Source: Macrostomum lignano (taxonomy: Eukaryota). From it: a DNA stretch of 64,000 nucleotides. The stretch covers positions 248,001-312,000 of the forward strand of contig NIVC01000990.1 of the NCBI GenBank assembly GCA_002269645.1, in the 5' to 3' direction. Of this stretch, positions 1 through 12,841 are shown one piece after another. The stretch's first letter is position 1. Each line of letters begins with the position of its first letter. The position numbers were made by a program, and so were the translations under genes. Below the pieces are notes generated by a model, which saw only the letters and a list, made by a program, of their open reading frames with translations, ran no database searches and was not told the origin of the DNA.

Positions 1-319
1 TAATTCTCATATGCAACTGCGCTCTAATAATAATCTATATTTATAGTAAAAGGAAATATAATTAACCGCTTGGCAATGCAAACTGTTTATGATTGACATG
101 TACTTTATTCAAATCCTTCAACCGTGTTTTTAGCTTGGTCACGAATTTCATATCGTTCACCTATTAATTAATCAATCAATCAATCAACAATAATGGATTT
201 CCACCACTCAGAGATCAGTTGCTGCTCGGCTGTCCCCCACCGTCTGCTTAAGAAGCAGGCAGGGAAAAAACTTTAAGAGAAATTCTTGATTGAAATTTTC
301 ATAATCCGCGTCTGCTCTG

Positions 320-2183
320 ACTGTCACTCTCCCGCTCACTGTCACTCTCCCGCTCACTGTCACTCTCCCGCTCACTGTCACTCTCCCGCTCACTGTCACT
401 CTCCCGCTCACTGTCACTCTCCCGCTCACTGTCACTCTCCCGCTCACTGTCACTCTCCCGCTCACCGTCACTCTCCCGCTCACTGTCACTCTCCCGCTCA
501 CTGTCACTCTCCCGCTCACTGTCACTCTCCCGCTCACTGTCACTCTCCCGCTCACTGTCACTCTCCCGCTCACTGTCACTCTCCCGCTCACTGTCACTCT
601 CCCGCTCACCGTCACTCTCCCGCTCACTGTCACTCTCCCGCTCACTGTCACTCTCCCGCTCACTGTCACTCTCCCGCTCACTGTCACTCTCCCGCTCACT
701 GTCACTCTCCCGCTCACTGTCACTCTCCCGCTCACTGTCACTCTCTACTCACTGTCACTCCACTCACTGTCACTCTCTACTCACTGTCACTCTCTCGCTC
801 ACCGTCACTCTCTACTCACTGTCACTCTCTACTCACTGTCACTCTCTACTCACTGTCACTCTCTACTCACCGTCACTCTCTACTCACTGTCACTCTCTAC
901 TCACTGTCACTCCACTCACTGTCATTCTCCCGCTCACTGTCACTCTCTACTCACTGTCACTCCACTCACTGTCACTCTCTACTCACTGTCACTCTCTCGC
1001 TCACCGTCACTCTCTACTCACTGTCACTCTACTCACTGTCACTCTCTACTCACTGTCACTCCACTCACTGTCACTCTCTACTCACTGTCACTCTCTACTC
1101 ACTCACTCTCTACTCACTGTCACTCTACTCACTGTCACTCTCTACTCACTGTCACTCCACTCACTGTCACTCTCTACTCACTGTCACTCCACTCACTGTC
1201 ACTCTCTACTCACTGTCACTCTCTACTCACTGTCACTCTCTACTCACTCACTCTCTACTCACTGTCACTCTCTACTCACTGTCACTCTCTACTCACTGTC
1301 ACTCTCTACTCACTGTCACTCTCTACTCACTGTCACTCTCTACTCACTGTCACTCTCTACTCACTGTCACTCTCTACTCACTGTCACTCTCTACTCACTG
1401 TCACTCTCTACTCACTCACTCTCTACTCACTGTCACTCCACTCACTGTCATTCTCCCGCTCACTGTCACTCTCTACTCACTGTCACTCCACTCACTGTCA
1501 CTCTCTACTCACTGTCACTCTCTACTCACTGTCACTCTCTACTCACTCACTCTCTACTCACTGTCACTCCACTCACTGTCATTCTCCCGCTCACTGTCAC
1601 TCTCTACTCACTGTCACTCTCTACTCACTGTCACTCTCTACTCACTGTCACTCCACTCACTGTCACTCTCTACTCACTCACTCTCTACTCACTGTCACTC
1701 TCTACTCACTCACTCTCTACTCACTGTCATTCTCTACTCACTGTCACTCTCTACTCACTGTCATTCTCTACTCACTGTCACTCTCTCGCTCACTGTCACT
1801 CTCTCGTTCACTGTCACTCTCTACTCACTGTCACTCTCTACTCACTGTCACTCTCTACTCACTGTCACTCTCTACTCACTCACTCTCTACTCACTGTCAC
1901 TCTCTACTCACTGTCACCCTACGCACTGTCACCCCACGCACTGTCACCCCACGCACTGTCACCCCACGCACTGTCACTCCACTCCACTCACTGTCATTCT
2001 CTACTCACTGTCACTCCACTCATTGTCACTCCCCTCACTGTCACTCCACTCACTGTCACTCCACTCACTGTCACTCCACTCACTGTCACTCCACTCACTG
2101 TCACTCCTCTCACTCTCACTCCACTCACTGTCACTCCACTCACTGTCACTCCACTCACTGTCACTCCACTCACTGTCACTCTC
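320..2183. repeat. 18-nt minisatellite (CTGTCACTCTCCCGCTCA) grading into 16/18-nt variants
   Basis: Direct reading; produces the SPAHCH and VSGRVT pseudo-ORFs. Confidence 0.95.
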
Positions 2184-3094
2184 TGTACTCACTATCACTG
2201 CTCAGTTACTGTCACTCCTAACTTACAGGAAGCTCTCATCTTACCCTTGCCATTTCTGTACCCTAATTCTATGACTCCACTAAGAAAAATGCGTCAGTTC
2301 TCTCAAACTGCTCGTTACTGAGCGCATTTTCCTCAACTCCCGCAGGATCCCCCCAGTCAACAAAAATCTGTCGCCTTGAGATTGGCGGGAGAAAAGGGGA
2401 TTTTTACGATCGCCTCAATCCTCGATCGCCTCGGTCAATTTTCCAGCTAGAGAGGAGAGGAGGCGTGAAAATCGTTGAAAAAAGGCACTTGCTCTTTTTC
2501 TGTCTAAGTGGCGTTTTTTATTTCCTTCCACCTCTGCTCAAAGCTGCTCAGTCCGGCCACTCACAGCCCCTTAGAATTATTTATGACAACCTGCAACGAG
2601 GAGTTGGGAGGGGATGAGGCGCCCCGAGGCTGGTACGGCGCGGCAAGGCCAAGCCTGACATTTGCGGGCGGCCCGATGATGGAGGAACTTGAAGTCTGCG
2701 CAATCATATGGATGCTGGGGGCTGGATGCGTACAGTTGAGTTAAGAGTTAATCTCTCAGGCTAATCTCACACTCCTGGCGATTGTGTGTGTGCGCTCTGA
2801 CACAGCTCAAGCTAATGCCAGTCTCTGCAGCAGTACTGTGGAGAAACAGTCAATTGAGTGACTATACTCAAACACTCACATACAGACTGGGATTGCTGAT
2901 AAAGCTGATTATATAGGTAGTTACAGTTCCGCTTGGGCTTGAGAAAATTCAACAAAATCGCTGTAGTATTTAAAAACTCGATAAAATGTTCGATTTAAAC
3001 TAGTAGCTAAACCGATGGTCTTAATGTCTAACAGGAAAGTTAAAAATCGATTCTGTTTCTTAAAAAGCGAAGTTAAAAATCGGGTTTCCTTCTT

Positions 3095-6000
3095 AGACAC
3101 AAGTAATCAAAAAACTTGTCCCTTTCTTAGAAACTGGTGATCAATAAACCTTATCTCTTTCTTAGAAACTGTTGATCAAAAAACCTTGTCCTTTTCTTAG
3201 AAACTGGTGATTAAAACCTTGTCCCTTTCTTAGAAACTGGTGATTAAAACTTTGTCTCTTTCTTAGAAACTGGTGATTAAAACCTTGTCCCTTTCTTAGA
3301 AACTGGTGATTAAAACCTTGTCCCTTTCTTAGAAACTGTTGATCAAAACCTTGTCCCTTTCTTAGAAACTGGTGATTAAAACCTTGTCCCTTTCGTAGAA
3401 ACTGGTGATCAAAACATTGTCTCTTTCGTAGAAACTGGTGATCAAAAAACCTTGTCTCTTTCTTAGAAACTGTTGATCAAAACCTTGTCCCTTTCTTAGA
3501 AACTGGTGATTAAAACTTTGTCTCTTTCTTAGAAACTGGTGATTAAAACCTTGTCCCTTTCTTAGAAACTGGTGATTAAAACCTTGTCCCTTTCGTAGAA
3601 ACTGGTGATCAAAACATTGTCTCTTTCGTAGAAACTGGTGATCAAAAAACCTTGTCTCTTTCTTAGAAACTGTTGATCAAAACCTTGTCCCTTTCTTAGA
3701 AACTGGTGATTAAAACTTTGTCTCTTTCTTAGAAACTGGTGATCAATAAACCTTATCTCTTTCTTAGAAACTGTTGATCAAAAAACCTTGTCCTTTTCTT
3801 AGAAACTGGTGATTAAAACCTTGTCCCTTTCTTAGAAACTGGTGATTAAAACTTTGTCTCTTTCTTAGAAACTGGTGATTAAAACCTTGTCCCTTTCTTA
3901 GAAACTGGTGATTAAAACCTTGTCCCTTTCTTAGAAACTGGTGATCAAAACCTTGTCCCTTTCTTAGAAACTGGTGATTAAAACCTTGTCCCTTTCGTAG
4001 AAACTGGTGATCAAAACATTGTCTCTTTCGTAGAAACTGGTGATCAAAAAATCTTGTCTCTTTCTTAGAAACTGTTGATCAAAACCTTGTCCCTTTCTTA
4101 GAAACTGTTGATCAAAACCTTGTCCCTTTCTTAGAAACTGGTGATCAAAACATTGTCTCTTTCGTAGAAACTGGTGATCAAAAAACCTTGTCTCTTTCTT
4201 AGAAACTGTTGATCAAAACCTTGTCCCTTTCTTAGAAACTGGTGATTAAAACTTTGTCTCTTTCTTAGAAACTGGTGATTAAAACCTTGTCTCTTTCTTA
4301 GAAACTGGTGATTAAAACCTTGTCCCTTTCTTAGAAACTGGTGATTAAAACCTTGTCCCTTTCTTAGAAACTGTTGATCAAAACCTTGTCCCTTTCTTAG
4401 AAACTGGTGATTAAAACCTTGTCCCTTTCGTAGAAACTGGTGATCAAAACATTGTCTCTTTCGTAGAAACTGGTGATCAAAAAACCTTGTCTCTTTCTTA
4501 GAAACTGTTGATCAAAACCTTGTCCCTTTCTTAGAAACTGTTGATCAAAACCTTGTCCCTTTCTTAGAAACTGGTGATCAAAACATTGTCTCTTTCGTAG
4601 AAACTGGTGATCAAAAAACCTTGTCTCTTTCTTAGAAACTGTTGATCAAAACCTTGTCCCTTTCTTAGAAACTGGTGATTAAAACTTTGTCTCTTTCTTA
4701 GAAACTGGTGATTAAAACCTTGTCCCTTTTTAAGAAACTAATGATTAAAACCTTGTCCCTTTCTTAGAAACTGGTGATTAAAACCTTGTCCCTTTCTTAG
4801 AAACTGGTGATTAAAACCTTGTCCCTTTCTTAGAAACTGTTGATCAAAACCTTGTCCCTTTCTTAGAAACTGGTGATTAAAACTTTGTCTCTTTCGTAGA
4901 AACTGGTGATCAAAAAACCTTGTCTCTTTCTTAGAAACTGTTGATCAAAACCTTGTCCCTTTCTTAGAAACTGTTGATCAAAACCTTGTCCCTTTCTTAG
5001 AAACTGGTGATCAAAACATTGTCTCTTTCGTAGAAACTGGTGATCAAAAAACCTTGTCTCTTTCTTAGAAACTGTTGATCAAAACCTTGTCCCTTTCTTA
5101 GAAACTGGTGATTAAAACTTTGTCTCTTTCTTAGAAACTGGTGATTAAAACCTTGTCTCTTTCTTAGAAACTGGTGATTAAAACCTTGTCCCTTTCTTAG
5201 AAACTGGTGATTAAAACCTTGTCTCTTTCTTAGAAACTGGTGATTAAAACCTTGTCCCTTTCTTAGAAACTGGTGATTAAAACCTTGTCCCTTTCTTAGA
5301 AACTGTTGATCAAAACCTTGTCCCTTTCTTAGAAACTGGTGATTAAAACCTTGTCCCTTTCGTAGAAACTGGTGATCAAAACATTGTCTCTTTCGTAGAA
5401 ACTGGTGATCAAAAAACCTTGTCTCTTTCTTAGAAACTGTTGATCAAAACCTTGTCCCTTTCTTAGAAACTGTTGATCAAAACCTTGTCCCTTTCTTAGA
5501 AACTGGTGATCAAAACATTGTCTCTTTCGTAGAAACTGGTGATCAAAAAACCTTGTCTCTTTCTTAGAAACTGTTGATCAAAACCTTGTCCCTTTCTTAG
5601 AAACTGGTGATTAAAACTTTGTCTCTTTCTTAGAAACTGGTGATTAAAACCTTGTCCCTTTTTAAGAAACTAATGATTAAAACCTTGTCCCTTTCTTAGA
5701 AACTGGTGATTAAAACCTTGTCCCTTTCTTAGAAACTGGTGATTAAAACCTTGTCCCTTTCTTAGAAACTGTTGATCAAAACCTTGTCCCTTTCTTAGAA
5801 ACTGGTGATTAAAACCTTGTCCCTTTCGTAGAAACTGGTGATCAAAACATTGTCTCTTTCGTAGAAACTGGTGATCAAAAAACCTTGTCTCTTTCTTAGA
5901 AACTGTTGATCAAAACCTTGTCCCTTTCTTAGAAACTGTTGATCAAAACCTTGTCCCTTTCTTAGAAACTGGTGATCAAAACATTGTCTCTTTCGTAGAA

Positions 6001-7035
6001 ACTGGTGATCAAAAAACCTTGTCTCTTTCTTAGAAACTGTTGATCAAAACCTTGTCCTTTTCTTAGAAACTGGTGATTAAAACTTTGTCTCTTTCTTAGA
6101 AACTGGTGATTAAAACCTTGTCTCTTTCTTAGAAACTGGTGATTAAAACCTTGTCCCTTTCTTAGAAACTGGTGATTAAAACCTTGTCCCTTTCTTAGAA
6201 ACTGTTGATCAAAACCTTGTCCCTTTCTTAGAAACTGGTGATTAAAACCTTGTCCCTTTCGTAGAAACTGGTGATCAAAACATTGTCTCTTTCGTAGAAA
6301 CTGGTGATCAAAAAACCTTGTCTCTTTCTTAGAAACTGTTGATCAAAACCTTGTCCCTTTCTTAGAAACTGTTGATCAAAACCTTGTCCCTTTCTTAGAA
6401 ACTGGTGATCAAAACATTGTCTCTTTCGTAGAAACTGGTGATCAAAAAACCTTGTCTCTTTCTTAGAAACTGTTGATCAAAACCTTGTCCCTTTCTTAGA
6501 AACTGGTGATTAAAACTTTGTCTCTTTCTTAGAAACTGGTGATTAAAACCTTGTCCCTTTTTAAGAAACTAATGATTAAAACCTTGTCCCTTTCTTAGAA
6601 ACTGGTGATTAAAACCTTGTCCCTTTCTTAGAAACTGGTGATTAAAACCTTGTGCCTTTCTTAGAAACTGGTGGTTAAAACCTTGTCTCTTTCTTAGAAA
6701 CTGGTGATTAAAACCTTGTCCCTTTCTTAGAAACTGGTGATTAAAACCTTGTCCCTTTCTTAGAAACTGGTGATTAAAACCTTGTCTCTTTCTTAGAAAC
6801 TGTTGATCAAAACCTTGTCCCTTTCTTAGAAACTGGTGATTAAAACCTTGTCTCTTTCTTAGAAACTATTGATTAAAACCTTGTCCCTTTCTTAGAAACT
6901 GGTGATTAAAACCTTGTCTCTTTCTTAGAAACTGGTGATTAAAACCTTGTCTCTTTCTTAGAAACTGGTGATTAAATCCTTGTCCCTTTCTTAGAAACTG
7001 GTGATTAAAACCTTGTCTCTTTCTTAGAAACTGGT
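3095..7035. repeat. 33-nt satellite (AAAACCTTGTCCCTTTCTTAGAAACTGGTGATT), about 120 copies, with higher-order structure
   Basis: Direct reading; variant marker TAAGAAACTAAT recurs at 4731, 5663 and 6562. Confidence 0.97.
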
Positions 7036-7453
7036 GATGATAAAACAGTCTGGTACCTTTCTTATAATACTACCAAACTCCATCTCGATTGCAATGTTGG
7101 CCTTTTCAACAGTATGTAATCTCGCTTCGAGAAAAGGTTAGTCCGATAATATAACCTCGAATTTTTCTGTTCTACTTTTACTTTTTTATTCATTTAACCC
7201 AGGTTTCATGCTAAAACTACAGCGTGAAGTCAAAGCAAAAATGCATGGACATAATATTAAACGAAACAAGTGGCATTTTCTATTATTATAATCAACCTAT
7301 TATAATCCCAAATTGCGGTCCCTAAAGTTGTCAATAATTTCTGGTTTCTTTACTCAGAAAAAATCTGGACAAGACTCAAAAATAAAAAATCAGGAAGCAC
7401 GAGATCCGTCTCGATCAGTATTTTTTATGACACCACGAGCATATCTGCAACCG

Positions 7454-7756
7454 ACAGCTCAGCCGCAGCTATTGCGCGGCGCATCTGAAGGCTGCGTACG
7501 GCTGTTCAGTCCAAGGACTGGGGGGTCGCCACACACAGCCTCAATTGCCCCAGCTAATGCTGGCACCCATTTTACAGCTGGGTGAGCTGAAGCAATGCAG
7601 AGTTAAGTGTCTTGCTCAAGGACACAAATTGTTCCAGTGGGATTGGGAATCGAACCCCCAACCTTCGATTCGTGAGTCAGTCGCTCTTTAACCCGGGAGA
7701 TTGTGCTTCTCTGGCCGGTTGTCGCTGTCGCATAAGCTCCACTAGGCTGCAACCCC
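7454..7756 (-). mobile_element. tRNA-derived SINE, family A, copy 1
   Basis: On the minus strand: B-box GGTTCGATTCCC followed by GTGTCCTTGAGCAAGACACTTAACTC..CACCCAGCTGTAAAATGGG. Near-identical to the copy at 18.1-18.4 kb. Confidence 0.8.
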
Positions 7757-8206
7757 ATTTTATCAGTAAAATAGGCCAAAATGCTTGTCTCAATTGATTC
7801 CCGCAGTCCCGATTTCCAGATCCCGTCCAAAGATGGATAAAATGATAGCCAATATTATTGGCACTTTAGGGCTCAAATTCCACCACCATCAAGACAAAAA
7901 GCCTCTCACTCGCGCTGGGGGATTTGTTAAATTTATTTTGCGATACATATCGGATCGGCAATATCTTTGTTTAGAAAAAGTTATATCGCTTTAACAAGGC
8001 CGGCCGATCTCGGCCAAGTGGCAGTGATGGAGCGGATTTTCTCTCCCCCACCCCAGCGCAAAAGATTCTGGCTTAATTTTCGATTTTTTTTTCTCACAGT
8101 CTTCCCTTTTTCCATCTGTCTCCCTCTGAAGTCCACCGAGTTTCCTCGGCCGGTTTTCGGTTTTGGATTTTCACCGAATTTTCGGACATTTCAAATTCTA
8201 TTGGGC

Positions 8207-8330
8207 TTATCCACCTCTATCCACCTCTATCCACCTCTATCCACCTCTATCCACCTCTATCCACCTCTATCCACCTCTATCCACCTCTATCCGTCTCTAT
8301 CCATCTCTATCCACCTATCTATCTATGTCT
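8207..8330. repeat. 10-nt repeat (ATCCACCTCT)n
   Basis: Direct reading. Confidence 0.9.
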
Positions 8331-9304
8331 ATCAGACTCTAGACACTTCTCTATCCGTCTTTATCGGTCTCTATCAGCCATTTTCTATCTCTAACCAGTA
8401 CATCCATATCTATAATTATTTATTGATATCTATCAATCTGTAGCAGTATCTACTCTATCTGTCTGTATCGCACTTATTCCAATCAATAATATCCATATTC
8501 ATTGACCTCTATCAATATAAGCAACCGCTTTTTAGCTCTTTGATGCTGCAGTGAGTGCGTACACACTGCTAGATTAGAAAGCCAGCAAGCTTTAAAAATT
8601 GTCTCCAGCTGCCGGTCCTTGCGCCTCATCCTCTGCTGACAGCTGTTAAACTTTTACCAGGAAAATGTTTACCAACTGGAACTCTCTGCACCTACGCGTA
8701 TTTGCGGGCCAGATGCCTTCTTCGCTTCGCCATGGACAGCGATGTCTTGGGCGGGGGGGGGGGCGATCTGGAATGGAACAATAGGAAACATTATACTAAC
8801 TATTTGATTATATTTTCCAGAATCTCAGTACGTGTTGTTTTTTGTGCAGGCTGGACTTTTTATTGTTGTTGCACTGTTCCAAGAATTTTGTATGAGTCAC
8901 GGCGGCGATCAGTGCAGTTCCGCAGTGTCTGTGCAGTCCTGGGCGCGCCATGCACAGATCCTGGCTTTTTTTGCTGCGGCACTAAGGTCTAGCATAGCTG
9001 TAGCCTCCTGTGTGTGCGGTCTGCAGGGGCATAAAATCTCCTAACTTCAAGTCCGAAGCTGAAATCCTGAAATCCGCTGCGCTTAGATAAGCAAGCGGGT
9101 TGGCTTAGTTACCAAGGTGGAAGGTGGCCGGCTAGCGAATAACTCCGGCCACTGTCCGAGAGACCCCAGAGGTGCGTTGGGGGGACCGAGGAGAACTTAA
9201 AAGTGAATCCTGCTACTGCTTTACCAAATCCATGTTTTCATTTTTCAAGACGCTATAAAGTTAATTGCAGATAGTTTGCACGCAGTTTGCACATAGTATG
9301 GGTG

Positions 9305-9835
9305 ATCTGTCTGTCTATGGCAATCTGTCTGTGGCAATCTGTCTATGGCAATCTGTCCGTGGCAATCTGTTTATGGCAATCTGTCTATGGCAATCTGTCT
9401 GTCTATGGGAATCTGTCTGTGGCAATCTGTCTGTGGCAATCTGTTTATGGCAATCTGTCTATGGCAATCTGTCTGTCTATGGCAATCTGTCTGTGGCAAT
9501 CTGTCTGTGGCAATCTGTCTATGGCAATCTGTCTGTGGCAATCTGTCTGTGGCAATCTGTTTATGGCAATCTGTCTATGGCAATCTGTCTGTCTATGGCA
9601 ATTTGTCTGTCCATGGCAATCTGTCTGTCTATGGCAATTTGTCTGTCTATGGCAATCTGTCTGTCTATGGGAGATCTGTCTGTCTATAGCAATCTGTCTG
9701 TCTATGGCAATCTGTCTGTCTATGGCAATCTGTCTGCCTATGGCGATCTGTCTGTCAATGGCAATCTGTCCGTCTATGGCAATCTGTCTGTCTATGGCAA
9801 TCTGTCTGCCTATGGCGATCTGTCTGTCTATGGTC
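9305..9835. repeat. 14/18-nt minisatellite (CTATGGCAATCTGT[CTGT])
   Basis: Direct reading. Confidence 0.93.
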
Positions 9836-10257
9836 TTTGCTAATCCAGATGATGGCTCAGAGTCTCCTTGGCTCTCACATCCTGACCCTCAGCTAGAAAT
9901 AATAACAGCAAAAGTGCTGCATCAGGGTGCCACAGCTTGTAGGGGTCCCAGCTTCCTGCATCATCGCTGCTCCACCCTCAATCTGTGTTGCTAGGATGGT
10001 TATGTTGCCACTGAATTTGGTCCCTGATTTTCCTACCTGCATTTGGGGATGGCTGTTCCAGTTCTTTAGCCAAGTGGGGGGGATTATTGCAGGAAAAACC
10101 TAGGGATTTGGGCTTCGGATGCCTTTTTCCTTTCAATGATGAAGGAAATGGAAGCTGTTTCACCTCCTCATTAACTCTCTGTGTCTCTGCTGTCGTCTTT
10201 TGCCTCTGTTACTGTTCCAGTCATGATGACTTTCGAGTATGAACTTCTTCATCTGGG

Positions 10258-12841
10258 TTAGTGAGTGAGTGAGTGAGTGAGTGAGTGAGTGAGTGAGTGA
10301 GTGAGTGAGTGAGTGAGTGAGTGAGTGAGTGAGTGAGTGAGTGAGTGAGTGAGTGAGTGAGTGAGTGAGTGAGTGAGTGAGTGAATGAGTGAGTGACTGA
10401 GTGGGTGAATGAGTGAGTGAGTGAGTGGGTGAGTGAGTGAGTGAGTGAATGAATGAGTGAGTGAGTGAGTGAGTGAGTGAGTGAGTGAGTGAGTGAGTGA
10501 GTGAGTGAGTGAGTGAGTGAGTGAGTGAGTGAGTGAGTGAGTGAGTGAGTGAGTGAGTGAGTGACTGAGTGAGTGAGTGACTGAGTGAGTGAGTGAGTGA
10601 GTGACTGAGTGGGTGAGTGAGTGAGTGAGTGAGTGGGTGAGTGAGTGAGTGAGTGAATGAATGAGTGAGTGAGTGAATGAGTGAGTGAGTAAGTGAGTGA
10701 GTGAGTGAGTGAGTGACTGAGTGGGTGAATGAGTGAGTGAGTGAGTGAGTGAGTGAGTGAGTGAGTGAGTGAGTGAGTGAGTGAGTGAGTGAGTGAGTGA
10801 GTGAGTGAGTGAGTGAGTGAGTGAGTGAGTGAGTGAGTGAGTGAGTGAGTGAGTGAGTGAGTGAGTGAGTGAGTGAGTGAGTGACTGACTGAGTGGGTGA
10901 GTGAGTGAGTGAGTGAGTGGGTGAGTGAGTGAGTGAGTGAATGAATGAGTGAGTGAGTGAATGAGTGAGTGAGTAAGTGAGTGAGTGAATGAGTGAGTGA
11001 CTGAGTGGGTGAATGAGTGAGTGAGTGAGTGAGTGAGTGAGTGAGTGAGTGAGTGAGTGAGTGAGTGAGTGAGTGAGTGAGTGAGTGAGTGAGTGAGTGA
11101 GTGAGTGAGTGAGTAAGTGAGTGAGTGAGTGAGTGAGTGAGTGAATGAGTGAGTGAGTGACTGAGTGGGTGAATGAGTGAGTGAGTGAGTGGGTGAGTGA
11201 GTGAGTGAGTGAATGAATGAGTGAGTGAGTGAGTGAGTGAGTGAGTGAGTGAGTGAGTGAGTGAGTGAGTGAGTGAGTGAGTGAGTGAGTGAGTGAGTGA
11301 GTGAGTGAGTGAGTGACTGAGTGAGTGAGTGACTGAGTGAGTGAGTGAGTGAGTGACTGAGTGGGTGAGTGAGTGAGTGAGTGAGTGGGTGAGTGAGTGA
11401 GTGAGTGAATGAATGAGTGAGTGAGTGAATGAGTGAGTGAGTAAGTGAGTGAGTGAATGAGTGAGTGACTGAGTGGGTGAATGAGTGAGTGAGTGAGTGA
11501 GTGAGTGAGTGAGTGAGTGAGTGAGTGAGTGAGTGAGTGAGTGAGTGAGTGAGTGAGTGAGTGAGTGAGTGAGTGAGTGAGTGAGTGAGTGAGTGAGTGA
11601 GTGAGTGAGTGAGTGAGTGAGTGAGTGAGTGACTGACTGAGTGGGTGAGTGAGTGAGTGAGTGAGTGGGTGAGTGAGTGAGTGAGTGAATGAATGAGTGA
11701 GTGAGTGAATGAGTGAGTGAGTAAGTGAGTGAGTGAATGAGTGAGTGACTGAGTGGGTGAATGAGTGAGTGAGTGAGTGAGTGAGTGAGTGAGTGAGTGA
11801 GTGAGTGAGTGAGTGAGTGAGTGAGTGAGTGAGTGAGTGAGTGAGTGAGTGAGTAAGTGAGTGAGTGAGTGAGTGAGTGAGTGACTGAGTGGGTGAGTGA
11901 GTGAGTGAGTGAGTGAATGAGTGAGTGACTGAGTGGGTGAGTGAGTGGGTGAATGAGTGAGTGAGTGAGTGACTGACTGACTGAGTGAGTGAATGAGTGA
12001 GTGACTGAGTGGGTGAATGAGTGAGTGAGTGAGTGAGTGAGTGAGTGAGTGAGTGAGTGAGTGAGTGAGTGACTGAGTGGGTGAGTGAGTGAGTGAGTGA
12101 GTGAGTGAGTGAGTGAGTGAGTGAGTGAGTGAGTGAGTGAGTGAGTGAGTGAGTGAGTGAGTGAGTGAGTGAGTGAGTGAGTGAGTGAGTGAGTGAGTGA
12201 GTGAGTGAGTGAGTGAGTGAGTGAGTGAGTGAGTGACTGAGTGGGTGAGTGAGTGAGTGAGTGAGTGAGTGAGTGAGTGAGTGAGTGAGTGAGTGAGTGA
12301 GTGCGTGAGTGAGTGAGTGAGTGAGTGAGTGAGTGAGTGGGTGAGTGAGTGAATGAGTGAGTGAGTGAGTGACTGACTGACTGAGTGAGTGAGTGAGTGA
12401 GTTAGTGAGTGGGTGAGTGTGTGAGTGAGTGAGTGAGTGAGTGAGTGTGTGAGTGAGTGAGTGAGTGAGTGAGTGAGTGAGTGAGTGAGTGAGTGAGTGT
12501 GTGAGTGAGTGAGTGAGTGAGTGAGTGAGTGTGTGAGTGAGTGAGTGAGTGAGTGAGTGAGTGAGTGAGTGAGTGAGTGAGTGAGTGAATGAGTGAGTGA
12601 GTGAGTGAGTGAGTGAGTGAGTGAGTGAGTGAGTGAGTGAGTGAGTGAGTGAGTGAGTGAGTGGGTGAGTGAGTGAGTGAGTGAGTGAGTGAGTGAGTGA
12701 GTGCGTGAGTGCGTGAGTGAGTGAGTGAGTGAGTGAGTGAATGAGTGGGTGAGTGAGTGGGTGAATGAGTGAGTGAGTGAGTGACTGACTGACTGAGTGA
12801 GTGAGTGAGTGAGTTAGTGAGTGAGTGAGTGAGTGAGTGAA
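10258..12841. repeat. (GAGT)n microsatellite, about 2.6 kb, with repeated variant blocks
   Basis: Direct reading; source of the 899-aa THSL pseudo-ORF. Confidence 0.97.

Noticed and set aside
8832-9044. Hydrophobic ORF faintly resembling a tetraspan (MS4A-like) C-terminus
   Set aside because: No supporting upstream exons or convincing splice pairs; an Arg lies within the putative helix.
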